In this document: positions 1 through 8,947 of the stretch, piece by piece
Position numbering within the stretch: the first letter of the stretch is position 1
How the letters are laid out: each line of letters begins with the position of its first letter
From: Candidatus Rariloculaceae bacterium
GTDB taxonomy: Bacteria > Pseudomonadota > Gammaproteobacteria > Steroidobacterales > Rariloculaceae
Assembly (NCBI GenBank): GCA_965223375.1
Contig: OZ245000.1
Coordinates: forward strand, 2,616,582 to 2,680,581
Length of the DNA stretch: 64,000 nucleotides
Reading direction: 5' to 3'
Made by a program: the position numbers and the translations under genes
Notes under the pieces: generated by a model
Seen by the model: the letters and a program-made list of their open reading frames with translations, nothing else
The model's database searches: none
Told to the model about the DNA's origin: nothing

Positions 1-2
1 CG

Positions 3-254
3 TTCGCGGACCCCGAGCTGACGCCCTCGGCACAGCTGGTCGATGCGGCGGCCGCGCGGTCCGGCGGCCTGCTGGAGTACGGCCTCTCGCTGGCCGAGAC
101 ACATCGCAGCACACTGGCGTCATTGCCGTTCCCGGCGGGGCGCGAAGCGGAGCTCGAGCGGCTCGCGGGCGAATCGCTGGCCAGCGCGGCCGCTCTCGAG
201 GCCGCACCGGCCGAGCCCTTTGCCCGCTATCTGGCCCGCTACTTCGGGCCGTGA
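3..254 (+). CDS. gshA: glutamate--cysteine ligase, C-terminal fragment (5' end outside window)
   Basis: Frame open from the window edge to TGA at 252-254: FADPELTPSAQLV...AEPFARYLARYFGP. The ADPELT.SA block and the EPF..(W/Y)L tail resemble the E. coli GshA C-terminus as I recall it (ADPELTFSARIL...EPFAVWLEKHA). It is absent from the ORF track because there is no start codon in the window. Confidence 0.65.
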   Translation, partial: FADPELTPSAQLVDAAAARSGGLLEYGLSLAETHRSTLASLPFPAGREAELERLAGESLASAAALEAAPAEPFARYLARYFGP

Positions 255-342
255 CGCGTCGGCAGGCCGAATTTGTGAATCTGGTAAGCGCGATGTCGCG
301 CCCGATCGCCGAAACTGCGGGTTTTGGCGGATCCCGCAGGCG

Positions 343-996
343 ATGAAGAGACTGCTCCAACTCGGTTTTCTGCTCGGTTTCGGGCTCACGGCGGCGGCGG
401 CCTGGCTGCTGCCGGGGCTGGGCTACGACCGCCAGCCGTCGCTGACGACGATGGTCGCGAACGGCGGACGAACCGAGGAATTCCTGATCCATCTGCCGCA
501 TGACCGCCTGCAGCCGCCGAACGTTGCGGCGGGCGGCAACGCGGCGGGCGCCGTCAGTTTCACGGAGGCAGGCAACGATGCCGGCGACGATGAGACCACC
601 GATGCTGCCACGAGCATCGAGCACTTCAAGCTGCGCGACGGCAACGGCAACGTCATTGGTGTGGCCGCCCGACACGCCACGTCAGTGACCGGCCGCGAAG
701 CGGTTGCCTGGCTGCTGTCCGTGCCCAGCCGCGGTTCGATTGCCTTCGGCGGTTATGCCGCCCCCGGCCCGGGACCCGAAGCAATCGCGGCCGGAGCCGG
801 CGGAGCGTCGCTACCTGCGCCCGGCAATGAGGCGGTTTCACGACGGGCGGAAGGTCTCGCCAGCGTCCATTCGACCGGCGAATTCGAACGTGTCGACATC
901 AACCTCGACGAAACCTGGGTGCTGGCCGGACTCGACGAGGACGGTGCAGTTCAGGGCACGATCATGCTCGACACGGTCAGCCGGAGGTCACAATGA
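343..996 (+). CDS. hypothetical exported or membrane-anchored protein
   Basis: ORF 43..996. The internal ATG at 343 gives a hydrophobic N-terminus, MKRLLQLGFLLGFGLTAAAAWLL. The 100 codons upstream are Arg/Pro-rich and overlap the gshA tail, so the shorter start is preferred. No family recognised. Confidence 0.5.
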   Translation: MKRLLQLGFLLGFGLTAAAAWLLPGLGYDRQPSLTTMVANGGRTEEFLIHLPHDRLQPPNVAAGGNAAGAVSFTEAGNDAGDDETTDAATSIEHFKLRDGNGNVIGVAARHATSVTGREAVAWLLSVPSRGSIAFGGYAAPGPGPEAIAAGAGGASLPAPGNEAVSRRAEGLASVHSTGEFERVDINLDETWVLAGLDEDGAVQGTIMLDTVSRRSQ

Positions 997-1634
997 AATA
1001 CCTGCTGACCTTGCTGATCGGTGTCCTGCTCGGCGCGGCGTGTGCCGGTGCATTGGTCTATTTCAACCCGCTGATCGACGGCGGTGCATCGCCGCAGAAC
1101 GGCCCGGCGCCGTCGATGGACTACGCGCTGAGCGGCGATCGGCTGCTGGCCTCGGCACATGCGGGTCTGAGTCAGCTGCCGGCGACGGTCGGCGGCGCCG
1201 GAGCGCTGTGGGAGCGCGGCGTTCGCGGCACCTGGCTGCAGTCGTTTACGCTCACTGAAGACGACGACAGCGTCGTCGCCGTCGCGACCAAGCTGATCGT
1301 GCCGCAACCGAGCTCGAATCTGATTCACACCGGGCTGCTGACAGAGGATCACTGGCTGATCACGTTGCCGGGACGCGGCACACTGAGCGCATCCGGAACC
1401 AGCAACGTCTGGCCGCTGTTGCGAGACACGCTGCTGCGCACGAATCTGTTGCGCCAGGCGTGGAGCGGCGCCGAGAGTTATCCGATGCTCGGCGGCAATG
1501 GCACTCGCGTGGTCGGCGCCAGCGGTGAACTCGGCGCGCGGCTCGGCACGCTGGCCGAGACCGTGCGGCTCAGCGGCTACGAGGCCGACGGTTTCGGCGG
1601 CCTGACCGGTCAGGTGGCGATCGCGCTCGATTGA
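993..1634 (+). CDS. hypothetical membrane-anchored protein
   Basis: The ATG overlaps the upstream stop (ATGA at 993-996), suggesting translational coupling. N-terminal TM segment MKYLLTLLIGVLLGAACAGALVYF. No family recognised. Confidence 0.55.
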   Translation: MKYLLTLLIGVLLGAACAGALVYFNPLIDGGASPQNGPAPSMDYALSGDRLLASAHAGLSQLPATVGGAGALWERGVRGTWLQSFTLTEDDDSVVAVATKLIVPQPSSNLIHTGLLTEDHWLITLPGRGTLSASGTSNVWPLLRDTLLRTNLLRQAWSGAESYPMLGGNGTRVVGASGELGARLGTLAETVRLSGYEADGFGGLTGQVAIALD

Positions 1635-2881
1635 TCGGCGGTCGCGAGCGACGCGAGGTCGGTAGCCGGGTCGCGTAACGCGTCGACCGCCACGGCCGCA
1701 CGCGCAGCAATCAGCTTTTTTGCGCCCATGAAGTCGCGCGGCCTGTTGACGCAGTCGATCGCGATCGGTATCCCGGCGCGCAGATACACGAGTGAAAAGC
1801 CATCGTCCTCCGGCGTGCCTCTGAGGACCGTCGCATCATGGTCGACGGCTACACCGGCAATCTGCAGCTTCAAATCGTACTGGTCGGACCAGAACCACGG
1901 AACCTCGGTGAACGGCTCGGCCTTCCCGGCGATCTGCCCGGCGGCGGATCGTGCCTGACTGATCGCGTTGTGCACGGATTCGAGCCGCATCTCCCTGCCG
2001 ACCAGCGCATGCCGGTGACGCGTGCAGTCGCCCGCTGCCAGTAAGCCAGCTGCGGTTGTCCGGGCATGCTCGTCAACCAGGATGCCGTTGACCGTGTCGA
2101 GCCCGGCCGTTGCTGCCAGTTCGACGTTCGGAACGATGCCGATCGCAACGAGAACGGCGTCGGCCTCGAAGTTCCGGCCGGAGGCCGTCGCTACGCGTCG
2201 AACACGATCCCTGCCCTCGAAGCGGCTGACCGATTCGCCACAGTGAATCGCGACACCGGCATCGCGATGTTTGCGCAGGTAGAACTGCGAGAGTTCCGGA
2301 GCGACGACGCGCGCCATCACTCGATCCGCAGCCTCGAGTATCGTCACGTCGACGCCGAAGCCGCGTGCGACCGCAGCAGCCTCGAGGCCGATGTAGCCGC
2401 CGCCGACGATGACGAGCCTGGCGCCGTCGCCGAGCACTGGCAGCAGCGCGTCGGCGTCGGCCAGCGAACGCAGGTAAAAGACGCCGTCGAGCTCGCTCCC
2501 CGGGACATCGAGTCGTCGCGGCCGACTGCCGGTCGCAACGACGACCGAAGAGCAGGACAGCGTGCCGCCATCGTCGAGCGCGACCCTGAGTCGACCCGCC
2601 TCGATTCCGGTTGCGCGCGTCCCGGTTAGCAGATCGACAGCCTTCGTCTGATAGAAGCCGGCGGGCCGCAGCGCCAGCCGCTCGCGGTCGAACTTGCCGG
2701 CCAGATAATGTTTCGACAGCGGCGGACGCTGATAGGGCAGCTCGGCTTCGTCCGCGACCAGTGTGATGCGTCCGTCGAAACCTGCGGCCCGAACGGATTG
2801 GATCGTTTGTACGGCGGCCTGTCCTCCGCCGATGACGGCTAGGTGATCTGACATCGGTGCTATATTTCTGCGATGCTTCAT
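1610..2881 (-). CDS. FAD-dependent NAD(P)H:ferredoxin/rubredoxin reductase-like oxidoreductase
   Basis: Two dinucleotide folds: AVIGGGQAAVQ (FAD) and LVIVGGGYIGLEAAA (NAD). LAAGDC motif and a C-terminal reductase domain. An alternative ATG at 2854 (MSDHLAVIGGG) is equally plausible. Confidence 0.85.
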   Translation of the reverse strand: MKHRRNIAPMSDHLAVIGGGQAAVQTIQSVRAAGFDGRITLVADEAELPYQRPPLSKHYLAGKFDRERLALRPAGFYQTKAVDLLTGTRATGIEAGRLRVALDDGGTLSCSSVVVATGSRPRRLDVPGSELDGVFYLRSLADADALLPVLGDGARLVIVGGGYIGLEAAAVARGFGVDVTILEAADRVMARVVAPELSQFYLRKHRDAGVAIHCGESVSRFEGRDRVRRVATASGRNFEADAVLVAIGIVPNVELAATAGLDTVNGILVDEHARTTAAGLLAAGDCTRHRHALVGREMRLESVHNAISQARSAAGQIAGKAEPFTEVPWFWSDQYDLKLQIAGVAVDHDATVLRGTPEDDGFSLVYLRAGIPIAIDCVNRPRDFMGAKKLIAARAAVAVDALRDPATDLASLATADQSSAIAT

Positions 2882-2919
2882 GATACCGGCAGGGCGCGCG
2901 TCCTGCGATTACGCAGCGA

Positions 2920-3894
2920 ATGACCAACGCGATTCGAGTTGCCCGTTTCGGCGGGCCCGAGGTACTGAGTTTCGAAGCCGTCGACGTCGGCAGCCCCGGA
3001 CCGACCGAGCTCAGACTGCGGCACGAGGCCATCGGCCTGAACATGGTCGACACCTATTATCGCGAGGGGCTCTACCCTCTCGATCTGCCGGCAGTGCTCG
3101 GCAGTGAAGCCGCCGGCACGGTGGTTGCGGTCGGTAAGGACGTTCGGGGTTTCGACGTCGGCGATCGGGTCACGTATGCGAGCCCGCCGCCGCTAGGGGC
3201 GTACTCCGAAGAGCGGCTCATCGATGCGCGCTGGGTCGCGAAACTGCCCGACGATGTCAGTGCTGAGCAGGCGGCGGCCGCGACGCTGAAGGGTCTGACC
3301 TGCTGGTTCCTGCTGCACCGCAGTTATCGCGTGCAGCCCGGCGACTGGATCGTCATCTATGCGGCGGCCGGCGGTGTCGGGCAGCTCGCCGTGCAGTGGG
3401 CGCGGCGACTCGGCGCACGCGTGATCGGTATCGTCGGCAGTGAGCAGAAGCGATCGCGGGCGCTCGACCGCGGCTGTGAGCAGGTCCTGCTCGCGAGCGA
3501 AGATATCGCCCGCGGCGTGCGGTACGCGACCGGGGGCGTCGGTGCCGCGGCCGTCTACGACTCGGTCGGCAAGGAAACGTTTGTTGCATCGCTCGACTCA
3601 CTGCGGCCGCACGGCACGCTGGTGACTTTCGGCAACGCGTCCGGGCCGGTCGAGCCATTCGCGCCGCTCGAGCTCGCCCGACGAGGATCGCTCTACGTAA
3701 CGCGCCCGACGCTGTTCGATTTCATTGCCGAGCGTGCCACGCTCGAGGAGTCGGCCGCGGCGCTGTTCGCGCTGATCGGCGAGGGTGCGCTCGACATCGA
3801 GGTCGGCCAGCGCTACCGGCTGGCAGATGCTGCGGACGCGCACCGCGATCTCGAAGCTCGCAGGACGATAGGCTCCACCGTGCTGCTACCCTGA
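2920..3894 (+). CDS. qor: NADPH:quinone oxidoreductase (zeta-crystallin/MDR family)
   Basis: 324 aa. GGPEVL, GLNMVDTYYREGLYP and AAAGGVGQLAVQWA nucleotide-binding motif. Length and layout are typical of Qor. Confidence 0.85.
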   Translation: MTNAIRVARFGGPEVLSFEAVDVGSPGPTELRLRHEAIGLNMVDTYYREGLYPLDLPAVLGSEAAGTVVAVGKDVRGFDVGDRVTYASPPPLGAYSEERLIDARWVAKLPDDVSAEQAAAATLKGLTCWFLLHRSYRVQPGDWIVIYAAAGGVGQLAVQWARRLGARVIGIVGSEQKRSRALDRGCEQVLLASEDIARGVRYATGGVGAAAVYDSVGKETFVASLDSLRPHGTLVTFGNASGPVEPFAPLELARRGSLYVTRPTLFDFIAERATLEESAAALFALIGEGALDIEVGQRYRLADAADAHRDLEARRTIGSTVLLP

Positions 3895-3896
3895 TT

Positions 3897-3962
3897 CGGA
3901 CCCGGACCCGGACCCGGACCCGGACCCGGACCCGGACCCGGACCCGGACCCGGACCCGGACC
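3897..3962. repeat. perfect hexanucleotide microsatellite (CGGACC)x11
   Basis: Read directly from the sequence: 66 nt of uninterrupted cggacc units starting 3 nt after the qor stop. Two degenerate units follow (aagacc, aagact). Confidence 0.97.
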
Positions 3963-4050
3963 AAGACCAAGACTCCAACTCTTACTCCCTTTACGACGCC
4001 CGCTCCGACGCCTGCTCCGAGTCCGGCGCTGCACGCGTCGTTTCAGTCGA

Positions 4051-4584
4051 TTGTCCGCGGATTCTCCGGTCGCCGGTGCGGCGCGCATCCCGCTAGCCTT
4101 GCTCGACACTTCGGCGGGCGGGACTTTGGGCAGACTGCATTACGAGCGGCGCTTCGATGCGGCGGTGACCGACGTCTTTGCTGCGCTCGTGCGGATGCTT
4201 GCGTTGCGTCGCTGGGACCCGGGCGTGAACACGCTGGCCGAGCTGACGCTGCCACGGCCCGGCAGCCGGTACGTCAGGCAGACCACGACGGCGCTGCGTG
4301 AGGGGCGCGTCATCGAGATCATCAGGCCCGTCGCCGTCTCGTTGCTCGAAACGCTGCACGATCCGCCATGCCGCGTGACGTTGCGGCAACGCTGGCGGAT
4401 TCACGTCGTCTCCGGCCGCTCTCTACTGCAGCTCAACCTGCAGTACCGGCTGAATCATGCGGCCGGGCTCAGAAGGCTTCACTGGCGCCAGCAGCTCGAT
4501 CGGCACTGCATGCGAATGCTGGGGCACGTCGCCGAGCAGGTACGAAGATTGCAGGACGAGGCTGCGGCAGCACACCGTCACTGA
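4051..4584 (+). CDS. hypothetical protein (possibly SRPBCC/START-like; family is a guess)
   Basis: TTG start, 177 aa. This is the only frame here with coding-like third-position GC. No diagnostic motif was found. Confidence 0.4.
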   Translation: MSADSPVAGAARIPLALLDTSAGGTLGRLHYERRFDAAVTDVFAALVRMLALRRWDPGVNTLAELTLPRPGSRYVRQTTTALREGRVIEIIRPVAVSLLETLHDPPCRVTLRQRWRIHVVSGRSLLQLNLQYRLNHAAGLRRLHWRQQLDRHCMRMLGHVAEQVRRLQDEAAAAHRH

Positions 4585-4834
4585 GGTCTGCGGTCAGGCC
4601 GCGCAAGCCCGAGCGTTACGACCGCGCCGCCGCTCGTCCGGCCGGCACGTAAACCTGCCGCACGCGACCGCCGGCAGCGGAGCTGTGAGACGCCTCACAC
4701 CGGTATCCGACGAACTGTGAAGCACGCCGTGGCAGCTCCTCCGGCCGTCTGCGGATACTCGGGCTGTCGTCGCTCGTGCGTGGCGCCTGATGCCGACAGC
4801 CGGCACGTGCACACGGGAAGGAGGATGGAATCCG

Positions 4835-5443
4835 ATGACACGGATAACCACTATCCGGAACCTCCGCGAGTTCTTCATGAACTCCGTTTCGGATGCGATG
4901 GATCGTCAGGGTGTTGCCGCTGATGCGCACACCGCGCATTACGTCGTGAATCTGCTGACCCTGTTCGCTCGTTCCGAGGAGTTGTTCGACGAAACCGAAG
5001 AAGGCCGCGCGCTGACGCCGATCGCGAGCGTTCTGGCCGCAGCCGCAGACGCGAACGACGTTGCCGAGCGCCGCCACGCCCTGCAGCGCGCCGGGGACGT
5101 TTCGCTGTTCGTCGCCGGATTCTTTGGTGACGGTCTCGCATCGCGTCTCGTCGGCGTCGACTACTACGTCCGGATGGGTGGCGCGGCCTATCAGATGCTC
5201 GCAATGAACCTGCAGGGATCGGCCCGCGGTGACGCCGTCGGTCCCGTATTCGCGGAGCTCGCCCAGAAGTTTCAGCACTTCGTCGACGTGCTGGCCGACG
5301 TGCGCGAGGGGCCGGATACCAGCGATCAGGACGTTCTGCGCCTCTATGACAACTGGCAGCGGACCGGCAGCGATCGCGCGGCGCGCCTGCTGCGCGGCAT
5401 CGGCATCGAGCCGACCCGCGTTTCGCCGCAGACGGCGCACTGA
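4835..5443 (+). CDS. conserved-looking hypothetical protein
   Basis: ORF 4790..5443. ATG at 4835 (MTRITTIRNLREFF) lies ~10 nt after an AAGGAGG Shine-Dalgarno. Strong GC3 bias. The antisense ORF 4616..5440 is Arg-rich and judged a shadow. Confidence 0.65.
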   Translation: MTRITTIRNLREFFMNSVSDAMDRQGVAADAHTAHYVVNLLTLFARSEELFDETEEGRALTPIASVLAAAADANDVAERRHALQRAGDVSLFVAGFFGDGLASRLVGVDYYVRMGGAAYQMLAMNLQGSARGDAVGPVFAELAQKFQHFVDVLADVREGPDTSDQDVLRLYDNWQRTGSDRAARLLRGIGIEPTRVSPQTAH

Positions 5444-5451
5444 AGCGAGTC

Positions 5452-6108
5452 GTGCTGCTCGCGCAGCTGCAATCCTGTCTGACGCAGCTCTACGGGCTGG
5501 ATCTCGCCTATCGGATCGACGACTTTCTGATCACCGACCGCAATCTGGCGCGCGGTCTTGGCGGCGGGGCGCGTGACGACTGCGACGAAGAGCTGCTGAT
5601 TCTGGAAGAGGGCGGTGAGGCAAGCGTATCTCTCTTTCTCGAGCAAGCGCTCGTCGAGCGTCTCGAACGCGACAATCCGGTCATGGCTCTGAGCGACCGC
5701 AACCTCCCGGATTTTCTCGTTGCGCTCGAGGGCGTGAGCCACTTTACGTACTTCGCTTTCAAGGCCGGTCGCGACGAGAGCGTGTCGTTGCTCGAGCTCG
5801 AGCTGCAGGCGGAGGTCGACAAGTTCGTCACGACGGCAGTGTTGCTCAGGCGACAGGGCGGGAAGCTGCCGGCCGGCCTGCACGCGGCACTGTTCGCGGC
5901 ACCGCAGCTCGACCGGGCGCTCAGTGCGGACCAGCACGCGAGATACGATCGCGCCAACCGTTACGCGGCACGTTATTGCCGCCAGTTGCTACCCAGCATG
6001 CGCGCCGACTCGGACGGCAGTCGCGTGCGAAGCGAGCTGCGCCGCTTTTATCGGCTGCCCGGCGAGCACAAGATCAGTCGCATCGAGTCGCGCCGCGCCG
6101 CGGCCTGA
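5452..6108 (+). CDS. conserved-looking hypothetical protein
   Basis: GTG start 8 nt after the previous stop. 218 aa with coding-like codon bias. No family recognised. Confidence 0.6.
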   Translation: MLLAQLQSCLTQLYGLDLAYRIDDFLITDRNLARGLGGGARDDCDEELLILEEGGEASVSLFLEQALVERLERDNPVMALSDRNLPDFLVALEGVSHFTYFAFKAGRDESVSLLELELQAEVDKFVTTAVLLRRQGGKLPAGLHAALFAAPQLDRALSADQHARYDRANRYAARYCRQLLPSMRADSDGSRVRSELRRFYRLPGEHKISRIESRRAAA

Positions 6109-6121
6109 GTTGCCGTACGAA

Positions 6122-7687
6122 TCAGGTTCGGCGGCTTTCGTTCAGAAACAGGCCGAAGGCCGGGTTCCCGGTTTCGATCCAGTGCGGAAACCCGAGCGTC
6201 TGGATGTGCTGTTCGAAGTCGGGCAGCTCGGCGTCCGGAAGATCGACGCCGACCAGCACGCGACCGTAGTCGGAGCCGTGATTGCGGTAGTGGAACATCG
6301 TGATGTTCCACTCGGTGCCGACCGCGGTCAGGAAGGCCAGCAGCGCGCCGGGGCGCTCCGGAAACTCGAAACGGTAGAGCTGCTCGTTGGCGAGATCCGA
6401 GCGCAGCCCGCCGACCGTGTGCCGGATGTGCAGCTTCGCAACCTCGTCCCGCGTCAGATCGGTCACGGTGTATGACTTGCCTTCGAGCAGGGCCACGATG
6501 TCGGCGGCTCCCTCGCCGCCGCGCAACGAGACACCGACGAAGATCTCGGCGCGCTCGGTCGCGCTGTAGCGGTAGTTGAACTCCGTGATGTTGCGTTCGC
6601 CGAGATCCTGACAGAACCTGAGAAACGCGCCTTTCTCTTCCGGTATCGCCACGCCGAGCAGGGCTTCACGATGCTCGCCGACGGCCGCGCGCTCGGCGAC
6701 GTGTCGAAGCCGCGTGAAGTCCATGTTGGCGCCGCTTGCAATCGCGATCAGCGTTGCGGCGGCAATCCCGCGTTGCCGGACGTAGCGTTTCATGCCGGCA
6801 ACCGCCAGCGCGCCGGCCGGCTCGATCACCACCCTGAAATCCTCGAAGACATCGCGGATCCCGGCGCAGATTTCGTCCGTGTCGACCAGCACGATCTCGT
6901 CGATGACGTGTGAACCGACGAGAAAAGTCTCGTCGGAAACCCGTCGTACCGCGACCCCGTCGGCGAACGTCCCGACGCGGTCCAGTGACACCGGCTGCCC
7001 GGCTTCGAGTGCAGCATGCATGCCGGCCGCGTCGCGCGGCTCGACCCCGATGACGCGAACCTCCGGGTGATACTGCTTCAGGTAGACGCCGATGCCACAG
7101 ATCAGCCCGCCGCCGCCGACCGGCACGAACACGGCCAGCGGCGGCGCGGACCAGGTCCTCGCGATTTCACGCGCGATCGTGCCCTGTCCGGCGATCACGT
7201 CGAGATCGGCAAACGGATGAATGAACTCGAGGCGCGCCGTCTCGGCGATCTCCAGTGCCTTTGCGTTGGCGGCATCGTAGGTATCGCCCTCGAGCAGGAT
7301 CTCGGCGCCGAGCCGGGTCACGGCATCGACCTTTATCTCGGCCGTATTCTTCGGCATCACGACGACGGCACGCAGGCCGCGCCGCTGGGCTGCAAGCGCA
7401 ACGCCCTGGGCATGGTTGCCGGCAGAGCTGCAGACGACCCCGCCCGACGGGCCCGCGGCGCCGAGTTGCGCGATGCGGTTCTCGGCGCCGCGGCACTTGA
7501 AAGAGAACACGGGCTGCAGGTCCTCGCGCTTCAGCAGCACGGTGTTGTCGAGCCTCGACGACAGCCGCTCCGCTTTGTCGAGCGGTGTCCTGACGGCCGA
7601 GCCGTAGACGGACGCGTGGGCGATTCGCCGTGTGATGTCGGCGACGAGAGCGGTCGTGCGATCCGATGCGTTATCGATAGACGGCAT
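6122..7687 (-). CDS. ilvA: biosynthetic threonine ammonia-lyase (threonine dehydratase)
   Basis: 521 aa. PLP-lysine motif FSFKCRGAENRI, SAGNHAQGVALAA, GGGGLICG, and two C-terminal ACT-like regulatory repeats. Confidence 0.95.
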   Translation of the reverse strand: MPSIDNASDRTTALVADITRRIAHASVYGSAVRTPLDKAERLSSRLDNTVLLKREDLQPVFSFKCRGAENRIAQLGAAGPSGGVVCSSAGNHAQGVALAAQRRGLRAVVVMPKNTAEIKVDAVTRLGAEILLEGDTYDAANAKALEIAETARLEFIHPFADLDVIAGQGTIAREIARTWSAPPLAVFVPVGGGGLICGIGVYLKQYHPEVRVIGVEPRDAAGMHAALEAGQPVSLDRVGTFADGVAVRRVSDETFLVGSHVIDEIVLVDTDEICAGIRDVFEDFRVVIEPAGALAVAGMKRYVRQRGIAAATLIAIASGANMDFTRLRHVAERAAVGEHREALLGVAIPEEKGAFLRFCQDLGERNITEFNYRYSATERAEIFVGVSLRGGEGAADIVALLEGKSYTVTDLTRDEVAKLHIRHTVGGLRSDLANEQLYRFEFPERPGALLAFLTAVGTEWNITMFHYRNHGSDYGRVLVGVDLPDAELPDFEQHIQTLGFPHWIETGNPAFGLFLNESRRT

Positions 7688-7780
7688 GGCCGGGACCCGC
7701 CTGTTGCCGGAAGATTCTTTGCAGAGCGGGGCCGAGGCTACGCGAGCGCTGCGGACAGCGCCAGCTTTCGGTCAGTAGGT

Positions 7781-8947
7781 CTACTCGCCGGAATCGGCCG
7801 TGTCGGTCGATGGCGGCGCCTGCAGCAGGTCTTCCATGCGCCGTGTCATCTGGCTGTAGATATGAGACGGGACACGGAACAGCCAGCCGGTAAGCCGAGC
7901 GTTGATCGCGTCAGCCTCGTCACGCGCGGCGTCGGCGGCCGGCGCTTCGGCCGCGGCGGCCTCATCCCCCTCGTTGCCGTCGTTCTGCGTGTCCCCGGCC
8001 GGGCCGCTTTCGGCGTCGCCTGCAGCCACCGCGGCTGCCGCGTCAGCCTCGTCGTCCGCAGCGGTCGCCGGCTCGAAACCGGCCTCGATGCCGATCCATT
8101 CCTCGTCGTCGATCGCGAAGCCGCGGATCGTTACGACGAGCCCGTCGAAAGTCCGGTATTCGCTGGTGACGGTCGCATCCGGGGTGTCCGTTGCCGCTCT
8201 GGCCGCCTCGAGTCGCAACTCACGCAGCGCGTTGCCGGTCACGTTGGCAACGCTAGCATATTGCAGTTCGCGGCCCTCGGGTATGGCAAGGACGGCGAAC
8301 GTCGACTCGTCCGGTGAGGCCTTCGCTATCGACACTGTCTCGCCGTCGGCATGCGTGATCGTCACGCGGCTGACGCGCTCGCTGCGCACGTCGAGCAGGT
8401 CCGGCACGAGCCATTGCGCGGCCTCAGTGGCGAACTCGGGATTCGTGTCTATCAGCACGCTGGTTGCCGCGTCGTCGAGACGCGCGAAGCGGCCGCTGCC
8501 GGATTCTCCACCGAGGATCACGAGCGGCAACGCGTCGCCCTCTGCCTCGAGCCGGACCGCAGTTCCGGCGGCGGTGTCGAGCGCCACCGACTCGACGCCG
8601 AGGCGCGAGTAGAAGTCGGGATTGGCGGTCTTCTCCTCGACGACGGTTGCCTCGGCCAGGGCCACCAGTGCTTCCCGCAACAGCGCAACGTCCGCCGGGT
8701 AATCGTCCTGCTGCTCGACGACCCAGCGGTCGCCGTCTCTGCGCAAGCTGACTGCGTCGACACCGCCGGCCGTGACGACGCGGACGCGCTCGAGGGCATC
8801 CAGGCGGCCGGCGAGATCAGGCAGCAGGGCCGTGCCGGTCAGTGCACCGTCCGGACCGGAGCTGCGATCGATGTTCTGGCCGGCGACCGCCAGCAGCCCG
8901 ACAATGACGGCGACGATCGCGAGAATGGTCAATGTTCTGCCGTTCAT
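7781..8947 (-). CDS. DUF4340-like protein, last gene of the ABC/GldG-type operon
   Basis: N-terminal TM MNGRTLTILAIVAVIVGLLAV. 4-nt overlap with the upstream GldG-like gene, which is the usual position for DUF4340 proteins. Acidic Ala-rich C-terminal tail. Confidence 0.65.
   Translation of the reverse strand: MNGRTLTILAIVAVIVGLLAVAGQNIDRSSGPDGALTGTALLPDLAGRLDALERVRVVTAGGVDAVSLRRDGDRWVVEQQDDYPADVALLREALVALAEATVVEEKTANPDFYSRLGVESVALDTAAGTAVRLEAEGDALPLVILGGESGSGRFARLDDAATSVLIDTNPEFATEAAQWLVPDLLDVRSERVSRVTITHADGETVSIAKASPDESTFAVLAIPEGRELQYASVANVTGNALRELRLEAARAATDTPDATVTSEYRTFDGLVVTIRGFAIDDEEWIGIEAGFEPATAADDEADAAAAVAAGDAESGPAGDTQNDGNEGDEAAAAEAPAADAARDEADAINARLTGWLFRVPSHIYSQMTRRMEDLLQAPPSTDTADSGE

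Noticed and set aside
3892-4053. Possible TGA read-through or fusion. The qor frame, the (GP)11-encoding microsatellite and ORF 4051-4584 are all in one frame, with no stop other than the qor TGA.
   Set aside because: A same-frame arrangement has a 1-in-3 chance. 156 nt without stops is unremarkable at this GC content. The stretch after the repeat translates to Arg/Leu-rich junk (RPRLQLLLPLRRPLRRLLRVRRCTRRFSR). No recoding signal or SECIS-like element was seen. It is kept only as a note under the microsatellite finding.
3813-4109. Minus-strand ORF encoding GLGPGPGPGPGPGPGPGPGPGPGP (and 3722-3970 encoding VRVRVR...).
   Set aside because: These are translation artefacts of the hexamer repeat. 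The flanks are Arg/Ser-rich, and there is no RBS or coding-like bias.
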